32,000 bases of DNA. Source: Candidatus Arthromitus sp. SFB-rat-Yit. Its GTDB lineage: Bacteria; Bacillota; Clostridia; Clostridiales; Clostridiaceae. The translations under genes were made by a program, and so were the position numbers. The stretch spans positions 60,001-92,000 of the forward strand of contig NC_016012.1 of assembly GCF_000283555.1 (NCBI RefSeq), in the 5' to 3' direction. The notes below the pieces were generated by a model. That model made no database searches. It was not told the DNA's origin and saw only the letters and a program-made list of their open reading frames with translations. This document shows, piece by piece, positions 7,401-16,985 of this stretch. Position 1 is the stretch's first letter, and every line of letters begins with the position of its first letter.

Positions 7401-8798
7401 ATGTATTTTACGCTTATAGGAATAGTTGTTTTAATTATTACAGTATATTTGTTTTTATTTACAAGAACTAGAACGCTTTTCTATTTTACTTTTTTTATGT
7501 CAGCTTTTACAGCAACTAGCATGATAAATTTGACTAATTCAAGAAATTCTATACTTTGTTATTATATAGTTGGAAGTTTTTTTATTGTAAAGGTTATATA
7601 TGAATTAATTATAAAGAGGTATACCTTAAAGAAGGTAAAGATATTAAATGGGTTATTTTATTTTATGGTATACGTTACTATATCGCTTGTATTACCAATT
7701 GTTTATTCAAAAAATACATTGGTATTTACACCTGATTCCCCATTTACATATATTTCATTTTCGATTCAAAATGTAACACAATATTTATATTTATTATTTG
7801 CATTTATTATATATATAGCAAGTTATATAGTGTTTACAAATGAAATTAAAGTTAATATGAAAAAAATAATTGATGTAACAGCTTTTACAATAATTATTTT
7901 AGGATTTTTACAATTTTTTACATATCATATATATTTTGATTTTTTATTTAGGACAAATTACGCTCATTTAGTACAGTATTTAGAAACTGGACTTACTCGT
8001 ATCTCTTCTGTTACGAATGAGCCGTCTATGTTAGCGCTTTTCATAACTCCTATATGCGTTTATTATTTTGTAAATATAATAAATGGATTAAGAAAAAGGA
8101 AGTTATATAAATTTGATATAGCTATGTTTTTGATGATTATAATTACATCTTTATTAAATAGATCATCAAGTTTTTATTTAGCAATAGCTATAATATTTAT
8201 TGTATTGATTATTGATTTATTGAAAGAGATTTTTAACAAGAAAAATAAAGAGTTCATACAGGAGGTATTAACTCTTAAAGTTTATAAATATGTAAAGAAT
8301 AATAAGTTTAAAAGTATAATTTTAATTATTATTCTAATAGCTTTGTTATTTGTTTTGTTTAAGATAGTTGGGTATAGGTTTTTGATTTTAGCTCTTAAGT
8401 TATTGGGACTTGATGATTCGGGTAGTACAAGAATGGAATTATTTTCATATCATATGGGAATATTCTTGAAAAATTTATTTACAGGTGTTGGTTTCGGAAC
8501 GTTACGTTCAAATGATTTATTATCTATGTGGTGTGCCCAAGTTGGCTTAATAGGTATGATTCCTATTATATATTATTTCACTTCAAGATTTATATATTTG
8601 TTTAGGAATAGAAATGAAGAAAATAATAGAAGTGTTTTTTATTTAATATTAACCAGTATAATAATTCTTGTAACATCTGTACCTGAGCCGTATTTTATTT
8701 ATGTGTGGATATATATGGCATTGGGAGATAGTTTATATAACAAGAGAGATATTTCTAATAAAACTATAGACAAATTAAATCAGGAATTTAATAGTTAA
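7401..8798 (+). CDS. wzy: Wzy-type polymerase / O-antigen-ligase-family polytopic membrane protein
   Basis: 465 aa with roughly 10-12 hydrophobic segments. It starts 1 nt after the GT stop. Assignment rests on topology and context, not on a strong motif. Confidence 0.65.
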   Translation: MYFTLIGIVVLIITVYLFLFTRTRTLFYFTFFMSAFTATSMINLTNSRNSILCYYIVGSFFIVKVIYELIIKRYTLKKVKILNGLFYFMVYVTISLVLPIVYSKNTLVFTPDSPFTYISFSIQNVTQYLYLLFAFIIYIASYIVFTNEIKVNMKKIIDVTAFTIIILGFLQFFTYHIYFDFLFRTNYAHLVQYLETGLTRISSVTNEPSMLALFITPICVYYFVNIINGLRKRKLYKFDIAMFLMIIITSLLNRSSSFYLAIAIIFIVLIIDLLKEIFNKKNKEFIQEVLTLKVYKYVKNNKFKSIILIIILIALLFVLFKIVGYRFLILALKLLGLDDSGSTRMELFSYHMGIFLKNLFTGVGFGTLRSNDLLSMWCAQVGLIGMIPIIYYFTSRFIYLFRNRNEENNRSVFYLILTSIIILVTSVPEPYFIYVWIYMALGDSLYNKRDISNKTIDKLNQEFNS

Positions 8799-8800
8799 AA

Positions 8801-8831
8801 AAATAGAAATGAGTTGAACTCATTTCTATTT
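8801..8831. terminator. Bidirectional rho-independent terminator between convergent wzy and the cohesin-like/DUF4214 gene
   Basis: AAATAGAAATGAGTT / AACTCATTTCTATTT are perfectly complementary arms. They are flanked by an A-run upstream and a T-run downstream, so the hairpin can work on both strands. Confidence 0.8.
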
Positions 8832-8840
8832 TTTTATGCT

Positions 8841-9773
8841 CTAAAACTTTAAATTTAATTTATGAGATCTCTCTGATAATTCAGCTTCATTACATATTCT
8901 AAGTATTATTTGGGATTTAGCATCTTTATCATCCATTTTATCTTTTAAATCAATAAGCATATTTAACCAATAAGTATATCCGACTTGATCAGGATCTCTG
9001 TTAGCTATTATGGAATACATTGATGTTATAAATTCCTGATTAGATAGATTTCTATTTAAAAATTCTTTTTCATTTAAGATATTTAAAAGGAAATCACGAA
9101 CAGAATATTCTTGTGAAATAAGTTTATTATACCAATAATTAAACCCATATTCTTCAGGAGTTCTTGAAAATGTTTTTTTATATACATCTGATATGAAAAG
9201 TTTAATATCATCATCACTATTAAATTCTTTAGTTTGTATATATGATATATTATTTTTAAATGGAATTTTATTTAATAGATTATCAACTAAAGTGGATCTT
9301 ATATTTGGTAATCCAATAAATAGATCATTGTTTGTATTTATTATTTGTAGTGGTATTTTGCATTCTTTAAGGAGTTTTGCTTTTATCTTAATTAATTCAC
9401 ATTTTTCTACATTATTTTCTCCTGTGTTTATTCCTGTAAATGTTTCGAAGAATTTTAAAATCTTTGTATTATTATCGATATTTATAAAAGTACTACCAAA
9501 TTCCACTTCATTATTTTTGAAATATTCACCTGGTTCTATATACAATATTTCTATTATGTTTGGGTTGAATTTAAATTCGAATGTAATGGTATACAACGAA
9601 GATATATTTTCTGAGTTTAATGAAATATAAAATTCTTTATTTATCTCTATAGTATTTATATTAGTTGTTAGCGTCAAAGTGTTTTCATTTTGTGCTGCAT
9701 TAACTTTTACAGAATAGGTTAAAAATAACAGTGATATTGCTATGAAAAGATTTTTGTATATTTTCAAAATCAT
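8841..9773 (-). CDS. Secreted protein: signal peptide, cohesin-like beta domain and two DUF4214 repeats
   Basis: The signal peptide is MILKIYKNLFIAISLLFLTYSVKVNA/AQ. The N-terminal half (INKEFYISLNSENISSLYTITFEFKFNPNIIEI...) resembles cohesin domains by eye. The C-terminal half has two DUF4214-type repeats (DVYKKTFSRTPEEYGFNYWYNKL...EF and FITSMYSIIANRDPDQVGYTYWLNML). Confidence 0.7.
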   Translation of the reverse strand: MILKIYKNLFIAISLLFLTYSVKVNAAQNENTLTLTTNINTIEINKEFYISLNSENISSLYTITFEFKFNPNIIEILYIEPGEYFKNNEVEFGSTFINIDNNTKILKFFETFTGINTGENNVEKCELIKIKAKLLKECKIPLQIINTNNDLFIGLPNIRSTLVDNLLNKIPFKNNISYIQTKEFNSDDDIKLFISDVYKKTFSRTPEEYGFNYWYNKLISQEYSVRDFLLNILNEKEFLNRNLSNQEFITSMYSIIANRDPDQVGYTYWLNMLIDLKDKMDDKDAKSQIILRICNEAELSERSHKLNLKF

Positions 9774-9793
9774 CCCAACCTTTTTAAAAATAT

Positions 9794-10783
9794 TTACTTA
9801 CAATTAGATTTATCTGAATCACCATATGGATGTATATCTTCAAATATATATTTTTGCATTATATCCCGAGTTTTTTCTTTATCATATTTTAAGTACCAAA
9901 TATTATTAATTAAAGCACTATTGCAATCGCTATCCAGAGGAAAACGCATTTGTTCTATAGCGTTAATTTTATTAAAGACTATATTTTTTACTAAAGATAA
10001 TGCTCTTGTTGTTGATATATTAGTTTCTATCAATTCAGGTCCCATATTTATAAATTTTAAATAATTATTATAAGGTATGGTTTTAGCTTTTTCATATAAA
10101 GATATGAGTATTTTTTGTTGTCTTTCGCTTCTTTCATAATCATCTCTTCCAACTTTTCTAATTCTCGCATAGGATAAAGTTTGTATACCATTTAATATTT
10201 GAAGACCATCATTTGTTATATAAGTTGGTTCCTTTGATTGAATGTGACTTATTTCTTGTATGCATTTATTTAAATAGGGTATTTCTTTAGATTTGATATC
10301 TATAGGTATTCCTCCAATCAAATCTATTATTTTTTGAACATTGTAGAAATTAATTGTTACATAATCTTTTATATTTAATCCATAATTTTTATTTAATGTT
10401 TTAATAGCAAGTTCATGCCCTCCAAAAGCATATGCATGGTTCAATTTATCATTTCCAAAACCATCAATTGATACTAAAGAATCTCTCATCAGAGAGTTTA
10501 ATTTTATTTTTTTGTTTTGCTCATCTATTGTTATTATTGTTATTGAGTCTGATCTTTTAGGTTCATGTTCATATCTAAAATCTAAACCAAATAGAGCTAT
10601 ATTAGTAATTTTTTTATCGCTAAATTTATTTAAAATACTTTCTTCTATACCTAATAATTCATTATTAAATGAAACAATATTTTCTTTTTTAAGAAAAGTA
10701 TTTTCGTAAAAATATGTAAAGTATCCTATAAAGCCGAGTAAAATCATGAAAACTAATAAGAATTTATATTTTAAGCTATACAT
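9794..10783 (-). CDS. LytR-CpsA-Psr (LCP) family ligase, paralog 2
   Basis: IALFGLDFR...RSDSITIITID...LNSLMRDSLV...KLNHAYAFGG...SYARIRKVGRDDYERSERQQKI is collinear with paralog 1. Only 20 nt separate it from the downstream cohesin-like gene. Confidence 0.9.
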   Translation of the reverse strand: MYSLKYKFLLVFMILLGFIGYFTYFYENTFLKKENIVSFNNELLGIEESILNKFSDKKITNIALFGLDFRYEHEPKRSDSITIITIDEQNKKIKLNSLMRDSLVSIDGFGNDKLNHAYAFGGHELAIKTLNKNYGLNIKDYVTINFYNVQKIIDLIGGIPIDIKSKEIPYLNKCIQEISHIQSKEPTYITNDGLQILNGIQTLSYARIRKVGRDDYERSERQQKILISLYEKAKTIPYNNYLKFINMGPELIETNISTTRALSLVKNIVFNKINAIEQMRFPLDSDCNSALINNIWYLKYDKEKTRDIMQKYIFEDIHPYGDSDKSNCK

Positions 10784-10891
10784 ATTAACACCCCGTAATT
10801 ATTTATATAAGAAGTATTATGTTCAATAAATTTTATAAATATAATAAATAATATTATTAATAGTTATATAGAATTAAAATTTTATTTATTG

Positions 10892-10900
10892 TGGTATAAT
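10892..10900 (+). promoter_or_regulatory. Extended -10 element TGgTATAAT upstream of the long glycan operon
   Basis: TG at 10892-10893 and TATAAT at 10895-10900, about 25-40 nt upstream of the candidate yihY starts. No good -35 is visible. Confidence 0.4.
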
Positions 10901-10925
10901 AAATATTCAGCATATCTTTATAGAA

Positions 10926-11816
10926 GTGGGTGAAATATTGAAAAAAATATTTAGGAAAATTATATTTTTTATATATATTTTGATAAAAAAAATGGATGAT
11001 GATGAGTTAATAGCCCTTTCTTCGCAGTTATCATATAGTTTTGTTTTAGCTTTTTTCCCATTTTTGATTTTTTTGATGACAGTAATAGGATTTTTAAGAT
11101 TAGATAGCCAACAAGTTTTAATATTTTTACAAACACTTCTGCCTGATGAAATTTACCTTTTAATTCACAATATTGTAAAATTTGTAATTGATTCAAGAGA
11201 AGGATCGTTATTATCTTTGAGCTTATTTTTAAGTATATGGTCTAGTTCGGCAGGCTTTAGAGCTATTATGAGAGGGCTTAATAAGGCTTATGATGTGGTT
11301 GATACAAGAAGTTATATTGTAAAGATAATACTTTCCATTATATATACTATAGGTCTTGTTTTATTGATTGTATTAATGTTAATACTAGTTGTATTTGGAG
11401 GTATAATTGGAGATTTATTTGTTAAATTCTTTGTTGATTATGTAGATGTCAATATAGTGTTGAAATCATGGTATTTAATTAGATATACGTTTATAATAAC
11501 CTTAATGGTAACGGTTTTTGCCGTAATATATTATTATGTTCCAGTTGTTAAAGAAAAGAAACTTAGATGGGTGCTACCGGGAGCTATATTTACCACAATA
11601 GGATGGATAGTTATATCTATTGGATTTACATATTATGTAAACAATTTATATAATTTTTCAACTCTCTATGGTAGTATTGGAACAGTAATCGTTTTAATGA
11701 TATGGCTTTTTTTAACGTCTATGATAATACTTTTAGGTGGAGAGATAAATGCTATACTAACTAATAAAAATTTGGAAATATTAAAGTTTAACAATACGAA
11801 AAAAATTTTAAATTAG
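10926..11816 (+). CDS. YihY/BrkB-family polytopic membrane protein
   Basis: LSSQLSYSFVLAFFPFLIFL...WSSSAGFRAIMRGLNKAY...GSIGTVIVLMIWLFLTSMIILLGGEINA is the YihY/virulence-factor-BrkB pattern. The start is uncertain: GTG 10926 (track), TTG 10938, or the ATG giving MDDDE. Confidence 0.85.
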   Translation: MGEILKKIFRKIIFFIYILIKKMDDDELIALSSQLSYSFVLAFFPFLIFLMTVIGFLRLDSQQVLIFLQTLLPDEIYLLIHNIVKFVIDSREGSLLSLSLFLSIWSSSAGFRAIMRGLNKAYDVVDTRSYIVKIILSIIYTIGLVLLIVLMLILVVFGGIIGDLFVKFFVDYVDVNIVLKSWYLIRYTFIITLMVTVFAVIYYYVPVVKEKKLRWVLPGAIFTTIGWIVISIGFTYYVNNLYNFSTLYGSIGTVIVLMIWLFLTSMIILLGGEINAILTNKNLEILKFNNTKKILN

Positions 11817-11823
11817 TATAGGG

Positions 11824-12939
11824 GTGTCAAATCTGAAAAAGATTTTAATTTGTATTTATAATTTACAAGGTGGTGGAGCTGAAAGAGTTCTTATCAATTT
11901 ATTGAATTCATTTGTAGATGAAAATTACGATGTAACACTTCTTGTTTTAAGAAAAGAAGGGATTTATTTAAATAAAATTCCAAGTAAAATCAAAGTTATA
12001 TATGCATTTAAAACTTTATTTGGTAAGAAACTTGCAAACAAAGTTTTAGGTTTTTTAAGCTCGAAAATACTATATAAGATGTTTGTTAGAGAAAAATTTG
12101 ATATTGAGATTTCATTTTTGGAAGGATTTGCAACTAAAGTTATAAGTGGATCGCTATCTAATAGCAAAAAAATAGCGTGGATTCATGCGGATTTTAGTAA
12201 TTATCACTGGACAAATAAGATATTTTCTTATGAAAATGAAAAGAAGTTTTATAGTAAATTTGATAATATAGTTTGTGTTTCTAAGTTATGTGCTAAGTCT
12301 TTTACAGACAAATTTGGATTTAGAGATAAAATAAAAATCGTTTACAATTTATTAGATAAAAATTTAGAAAATTATACAAAATTTAAATTTAATAACGTAT
12401 TTAATAAATATAAAACAACAAAAATAATATATGTTGGGAGAATTGAAAAAGAAAAGTCAGTAGGAAGGCTTATTGAATCTTTTGAGGAAATACTCTGTAT
12501 GGGGTATAGTGATATAACTCTTTTCATTTTGGGAGATGGGTCATTGAAAAAATATTTAGAAGAGTATGTTTTTAAAAATAATTTAAGTAATAATATTAAG
12601 TTTATACCATTTAAAGAGGATGTTTATGATTATATATTATCGAGCGATTATGTAATAGTTCCATCATATTCTGAATCTTTTTCTTTAGTTTTAGCTGAAT
12701 CATTATATTTAGGTAAAATATGTATAGCGACTGATACTGCTGGGGCTAGAGAAGTTTTAAAAAATGGGGAATATGGTATTATAGTTGATAATTCAAAAGA
12801 GGGGATTAAGTGTGGTATATTAAAGGTAATTAATAATCCAGAATTGAAAAACAGATATATTTCTAAAATGAATAAAGATAATTATGAGTTTAACAGGAAG
12901 AATGTACTTAATAAAATATTTGATATCATAAATTTTTAA
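11824..12939 (+). CDS. Glycosyltransferase family 4 (GT-B)
   Basis: KKILICIYNLQGGGAERVLINL at the N-terminus and SYSESFSLVLAESLYLGKICIATDTAGAREVL (E-x7-E). The track start GTG 11824 directly abuts the AGGGG Shine-Dalgarno-like run, so the true start is uncertain. Confidence 0.85.
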   Translation: MSNLKKILICIYNLQGGGAERVLINLLNSFVDENYDVTLLVLRKEGIYLNKIPSKIKVIYAFKTLFGKKLANKVLGFLSSKILYKMFVREKFDIEISFLEGFATKVISGSLSNSKKIAWIHADFSNYHWTNKIFSYENEKKFYSKFDNIVCVSKLCAKSFTDKFGFRDKIKIVYNLLDKNLENYTKFKFNNVFNKYKTTKIIYVGRIEKEKSVGRLIESFEEILCMGYSDITLFILGDGSLKKYLEEYVFKNNLSNNIKFIPFKEDVYDYILSSDYVIVPSYSESFSLVLAESLYLGKICIATDTAGAREVLKNGEYGIIVDNSKEGIKCGILKVINNPELKNRYISKMNKDNYEFNRKNVLNKIFDIINF

Positions 12940-12955
12940 ACAAGGAATATTATAG

Positions 12956-14248
12956 ATGAGTTTTGATTTTAAGAAGCTATTTGACAATAAGATTATAAAG
13001 AATTTTGTTATTGTATTTTTAGGAGATGGATTTTCATCCGTATTGACATTACTTAATTTAAGTATAATGATTAGAGTTTTGGGGTTAAATGTCAGCTCAA
13101 GTGTTAATTTAGTTATATCTTATGTATTGGTGTTTGATACAATATTTAATTTTCAGTCATTTAATTCAATAATTAAGTTTTTACCACAATATATAATATC
13201 AAATGATGTAAATAAGATTAAGCAATACATAAAACAGGGATTTATACTTGATATTGTAACAGCTATAATTTCATTTATATTTTGTAATTTATGTATAGCG
13301 ATGGTATTTCGTATATTTAATTTAGATAAGAGTTTAATAAGATTGATTAATATATACTCATTTTCTATACTTTTTAATTTAACAGGTACTGGAATAGGTA
13401 TAATTAGAGTATTTGATAAATTTAAGTATTCCACGTATATAAATGTGATTGTTAATTCGTTGAAATTTATTTTTTATGTATTATCGTTTTTTGTAAAGGT
13501 AGATATGTTATATTTTATATGGGTTGAACTCATATTTGGAATAGTTAATATGATTATGATATTAGCATTTACAAAATGGATACTTAATGTTACAAATATT
13601 AAATATATATTTAAAACTAAAGTTATATGGGATAAGGAATTTTTAAAATTTAATTTTTATTGTAATCTTATGACTACATTAGATGTTCCCATAAGTCACT
13701 TAACTCCCTTTATGATTAATAGATATATAGGTGTAGAATTTATAAGTGTTTATAAGCTTATTGAAAAAATAGGAGGAATTATTGCTAAAATTGCCTCTCC
13801 TTTAGTTAATATAATATACCCAGAAATAAGCACTAAAGTATCTGAAGGTAATATAAAAAGTTCTTTAAATTTAGTAAAAAAGTTATTTTTTTATATAATG
13901 TTATTTGGAGTAATAATTTTTATATTTTTAGGATTATCACATAAAATTTGGGTAAATATTCTAATATTAAATGGTGATAAATTTATAGTAAATATAATGT
14001 TTTATTTATCGTTTGTTATATTTAAATTTTCATTTGTAGGTATTTACCCTTTAGTTTTATCCTTGGGATGCATAAAATATAATGTGAATATTGTGTTGAT
14101 TGCTAATTTAGTTTATTTGTTATGTATACCTATTTTGACAGGTTTATTTAATATAAATGGTATTATAATTGCACAGTTTATACAGGTTTCTCTTGTTATA
14201 TTTATGCAGATTTTTATTATAAATAGAAAGTTAAAATTTAAGGTTTAA
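12956..14248 (+). CDS. wzx: Wzx-type (MOP superfamily) polysaccharide flippase
   Basis: 430 aa with about 12 hydrophobic segments and the typical polysaccharide-biosynthesis-protein architecture. AAGGA RBS. Context is between GTs and the priming transferase. Confidence 0.75.
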   Translation: MSFDFKKLFDNKIIKNFVIVFLGDGFSSVLTLLNLSIMIRVLGLNVSSSVNLVISYVLVFDTIFNFQSFNSIIKFLPQYIISNDVNKIKQYIKQGFILDIVTAIISFIFCNLCIAMVFRIFNLDKSLIRLINIYSFSILFNLTGTGIGIIRVFDKFKYSTYINVIVNSLKFIFYVLSFFVKVDMLYFIWVELIFGIVNMIMILAFTKWILNVTNIKYIFKTKVIWDKEFLKFNFYCNLMTTLDVPISHLTPFMINRYIGVEFISVYKLIEKIGGIIAKIASPLVNIIYPEISTKVSEGNIKSSLNLVKKLFFYIMLFGVIIFIFLGLSHKIWVNILILNGDKFIVNIMFYLSFVIFKFSFVGIYPLVLSLGCIKYNVNIVLIANLVYLLCIPILTGLFNINGIIIAQFIQVSLVIFMQIFIINRKLKFKV

Positions 14249-14318
14249 TTTGCTTTGATAGACTACAAAAATATTATATGTTAAAATTATTTTATTAATT
14301 AAGGTATTAAATGGGGGA

Positions 14319-15002
14319 TTGTATTTGGAAAATATATATTTATTAGATGTTAATATGGATACTCATTTTATACATATTTATAAAAAATATAAGAAGTCAA
14401 TTGTTTATGAGATATTAAAGAGGTCTTTAGATATAGTTGTATCACTAATAGCTTTAATAATTTTATCTCCAATTTTTTTAGTTATAGCTATATTAATTAA
14501 ATTAGATTCTAGAGGATCTGTTATATTTTCTCAGTTTAGGGTTGGTAAAAATGGTAGAATTTTTAAAATGTATAAATTTAGATCTATGGTTGAGAATGCA
14601 GAAGATATATTAAGGGAATTAAAAAATAAAAATGAAATGTCTGGTCCTATGTTTAAAATAAAACATGATCCAAGAGTTACGAAGATAGGTAGATTTATAA
14701 GGAAAACTAGCTTAGATGAATTGCCACAACTTATAAATGTTTTAAAAGGAGATATGTCATTAGTTGGACCAAGACCCAATTTACCAATAGAAGTTAAGGA
14801 ATTTGAAAAATGGATGCTTGATAAGCTTGTTATTAGACCAGGATTAACATGTTTTTGGCAGACTATGGGGAGAAATACGATTGATTTTGTTGAATGGATG
14901 AAGTTAGATATTAAATATGTTCAAGAAAGAAATTTATTTTTAGACATAATTTTAATAATAAAGACGTTTAAAGTATTATTTGGGGATAAAACTGCAAGTT
15001 AA
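14319..15002 (+). CDS. Undecaprenyl-phosphate sugar phosphotransferase (Bac_transf family, short single-TM type); priming enzyme
   Basis: KRSLDIVVSLIALIILSPIFL...SRGSVIFSQFRVGKNGRIFKMYKFRSM...DELPQLINVLKGDMSLVGPRP...RPGLTCFWQ are the canonical motifs. TTG 14325 (6 nt after GGGGGA) may be the real start. Confidence 0.9.
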   Translation: MYLENIYLLDVNMDTHFIHIYKKYKKSIVYEILKRSLDIVVSLIALIILSPIFLVIAILIKLDSRGSVIFSQFRVGKNGRIFKMYKFRSMVENAEDILRELKNKNEMSGPMFKIKHDPRVTKIGRFIRKTSLDELPQLINVLKGDMSLVGPRPNLPIEVKEFEKWMLDKLVIRPGLTCFWQTMGRNTIDFVEWMKLDIKYVQERNLFLDIILIIKTFKVLFGDKTAS

Positions 15003-15023
15003 TATAGGAGATGTTTAAAATAT

Positions 15024-16055
15024 ATGTTATGTGCTATTATAATGGCTGGTGGAAAAGGTACTCGATTTTGGCCACTATCCACAGAAGAAAAACCTAAACA
15101 ATTTTTAAATCTTTTAGGTAATAGGACTATGATAAAAATGACATATGATAGAATAAGTAAGATTTTACCTAAAGATAGAATTTTTATTTCTACTACTTCA
15201 AAATATAAAGGTTTAGTTTTAGAACAGTTAAAGGATATTTCACCCCAAAATATAATAGTTGAACCTGAATCACGTAATACATCCGCATGTATTTGTTTAT
15301 CTAACTTGTATGTAAAAAAGAAGTTTAATAATTGTAATGTTATAGTGTTACCTTCGGATCATTTAATAAATGATGAAAAAGTATTTGTAGATACTGTGTT
15401 AGAGGCTGATAAATTTTTATATAGTAATGATAAAAGTATTATTACCTTTGGAATTAAACCTGATAGACCAGAAACAGGGTATGGATATATAAATTATGAT
15501 TTGGACAGTTCACTTAAGATAAATAAAGTTATTTCGTTTGTAGAAAAACCAAATTATACTACAGCTTTGAAATATTTGAATGAAGGGAATTATTACTGGA
15601 ATAGTGGTATTTTTGTTTGGAATGTAAATTTGATTTTGAATTTAATAGACAAATATTTAAATAATACATATAAAGTTTTGAGTCCTATTTTAGAGCTTTC
15701 AGATTATGAATGTGAAAAATTTATAAATGAAAATTATAGATTAACAGATAATATTTCAATTGATTATGGTGTTATGGAAAAATATAGTAATATCTCTGTT
15801 ATTGAAGGGGATTTTGGTTGGGATGATGTTGGAAGTTGGTCCAGTATTGATCGGTATAATAAGAAAGATTTAGATGGAAATATATTAAATTCATCAGGTG
15901 TTTTGATGAAATCTAATAATAATACTGTATTGATAAAAAAGAAGATTCTATTAAATAATGTTAGTGATTTAATAATTGTAGAAACGGATGAGTATATAGT
16001 AGTTTCATCTAAAGAACATGCTCAGGATATAAATCTTGCACGAGACTATATGTGA
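15024..16055 (+). CDS. manC: Mannose-1-phosphate guanylyltransferase (GDP-mannose synthesis), no isomerase domain
   Basis: AIIMAGGKGTRFWPLSTEEKPKQFL nucleotidyltransferase loop, then ...PETGYGYI...FVEKP...YYWNSGIFVW. Confidence 0.9.
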   Translation: MLCAIIMAGGKGTRFWPLSTEEKPKQFLNLLGNRTMIKMTYDRISKILPKDRIFISTTSKYKGLVLEQLKDISPQNIIVEPESRNTSACICLSNLYVKKKFNNCNVIVLPSDHLINDEKVFVDTVLEADKFLYSNDKSIITFGIKPDRPETGYGYINYDLDSSLKINKVISFVEKPNYTTALKYLNEGNYYWNSGIFVWNVNLILNLIDKYLNNTYKVLSPILELSDYECEKFINENYRLTDNISIDYGVMEKYSNISVIEGDFGWDDVGSWSSIDRYNKKDLDGNILNSSGVLMKSNNNTVLIKKKILLNNVSDLIIVETDEYIVVSSKEHAQDINLARDYM

Positions 16056-16116
16056 TTTTAAGGGGGTTAGTTATTAAAATAATAATTACCCTTTTTTATT
16101 TTAAGGAGTGTATATT

Positions 16117-16968
16117 ATGAAATTTTCTTTAATAATGGCTACATTAGGTAGAGTTGATGAGATAAAGGTGTTTTTAGATTCATTAGATCTACAAAATTAC
16201 AAAGATTTTGAACTTATTATAGTAGATCAAAATGATGAAAATATTTTGGGAAATATGATATCGTTGTATAAGGAAAAGTTTTATATAAATCATATAAGAA
16301 TAAAGGAGAAAGGATTATCTTTAGCAAGAAACATAGGTATTAAATATGCTACGGGAGATATTATTGCATTTCCGGATGATGACTGTATATATAGTTTGGG
16401 TATACTTAACTATATAAATAATTTTTTTAATAAAAATGAACACATAAATTTTCTTACTTTTAGATTAAGAGATAGAAGTACTGGTGAAGATGCAAATTTA
16501 AGATGGTATGATAGGGATATTGAAATAACTGATAAAAACATTTTCAGAACAGTTATAAGCCCGTCTATATTTGTGAAATTTAAAAATATAGATGATATAT
16601 TTTTTGATGAAAATCTTGGTGTTGGAAGAAGGTATGGATCTGGTGAAGAAAGTGATATGGTTTTAGAGTTATTACATAGAGGTTATAAAGGTATGTTTCT
16701 AAATAATTTTATAGTATACCATCCTAATAAAAATGATTCTATTAATAAAACATATTCATATGGACTTGGGTATGGAGCTACATTAAAGAAACATGTTAAG
16801 TTGCGTAGAGGGAATGTTTTGATTTTTGATTATTTAATTAGAGATTCTATTTTAAAACCTATTTTTGGTATGGCTATTAGTGTGGTAAAATTCAATAGTG
16901 AGGGGTTTGTTTTGTATAAGGAGCGAATGAAATCAAGAATTAAGGGTTATTTAGAATATAAAATTTAA
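16117..16968 (+). CDS. Glycosyltransferase family 2 (GT-A)
   Basis: Track ORF 16108..16968. ATG 16117 lies 8 nt after AAGGAG. FSLIMATLGR...LQNYKDFELIIVDQND...LARNIGIKYATGDIIAFPDDDC includes the DxD motif. Confidence 0.85.
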   Translation: MKFSLIMATLGRVDEIKVFLDSLDLQNYKDFELIIVDQNDENILGNMISLYKEKFYINHIRIKEKGLSLARNIGIKYATGDIIAFPDDDCIYSLGILNYINNFFNKNEHINFLTFRLRDRSTGEDANLRWYDRDIEITDKNIFRTVISPSIFVKFKNIDDIFFDENLGVGRRYGSGEESDMVLELLHRGYKGMFLNNFIVYHPNKNDSINKTYSYGLGYGATLKKHVKLRRGNVLIFDYLIRDSILKPIFGMAISVVKFNSEGFVLYKERMKSRIKGYLEYKI

Positions 16969-16985
16969 TTAAGGAGTTATGTTAT

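Noticed and set aside
9193-9630. The longest antisense ORF (145 aa, plus strand), opposite the cohesin-like/DUF4214 gene.
   Set aside because: No RBS, a hydrophobic low-complexity translation and no recognisable domain. The minus-strand frame has a signal peptide and DUF4214 repeats, so that one is the real gene.
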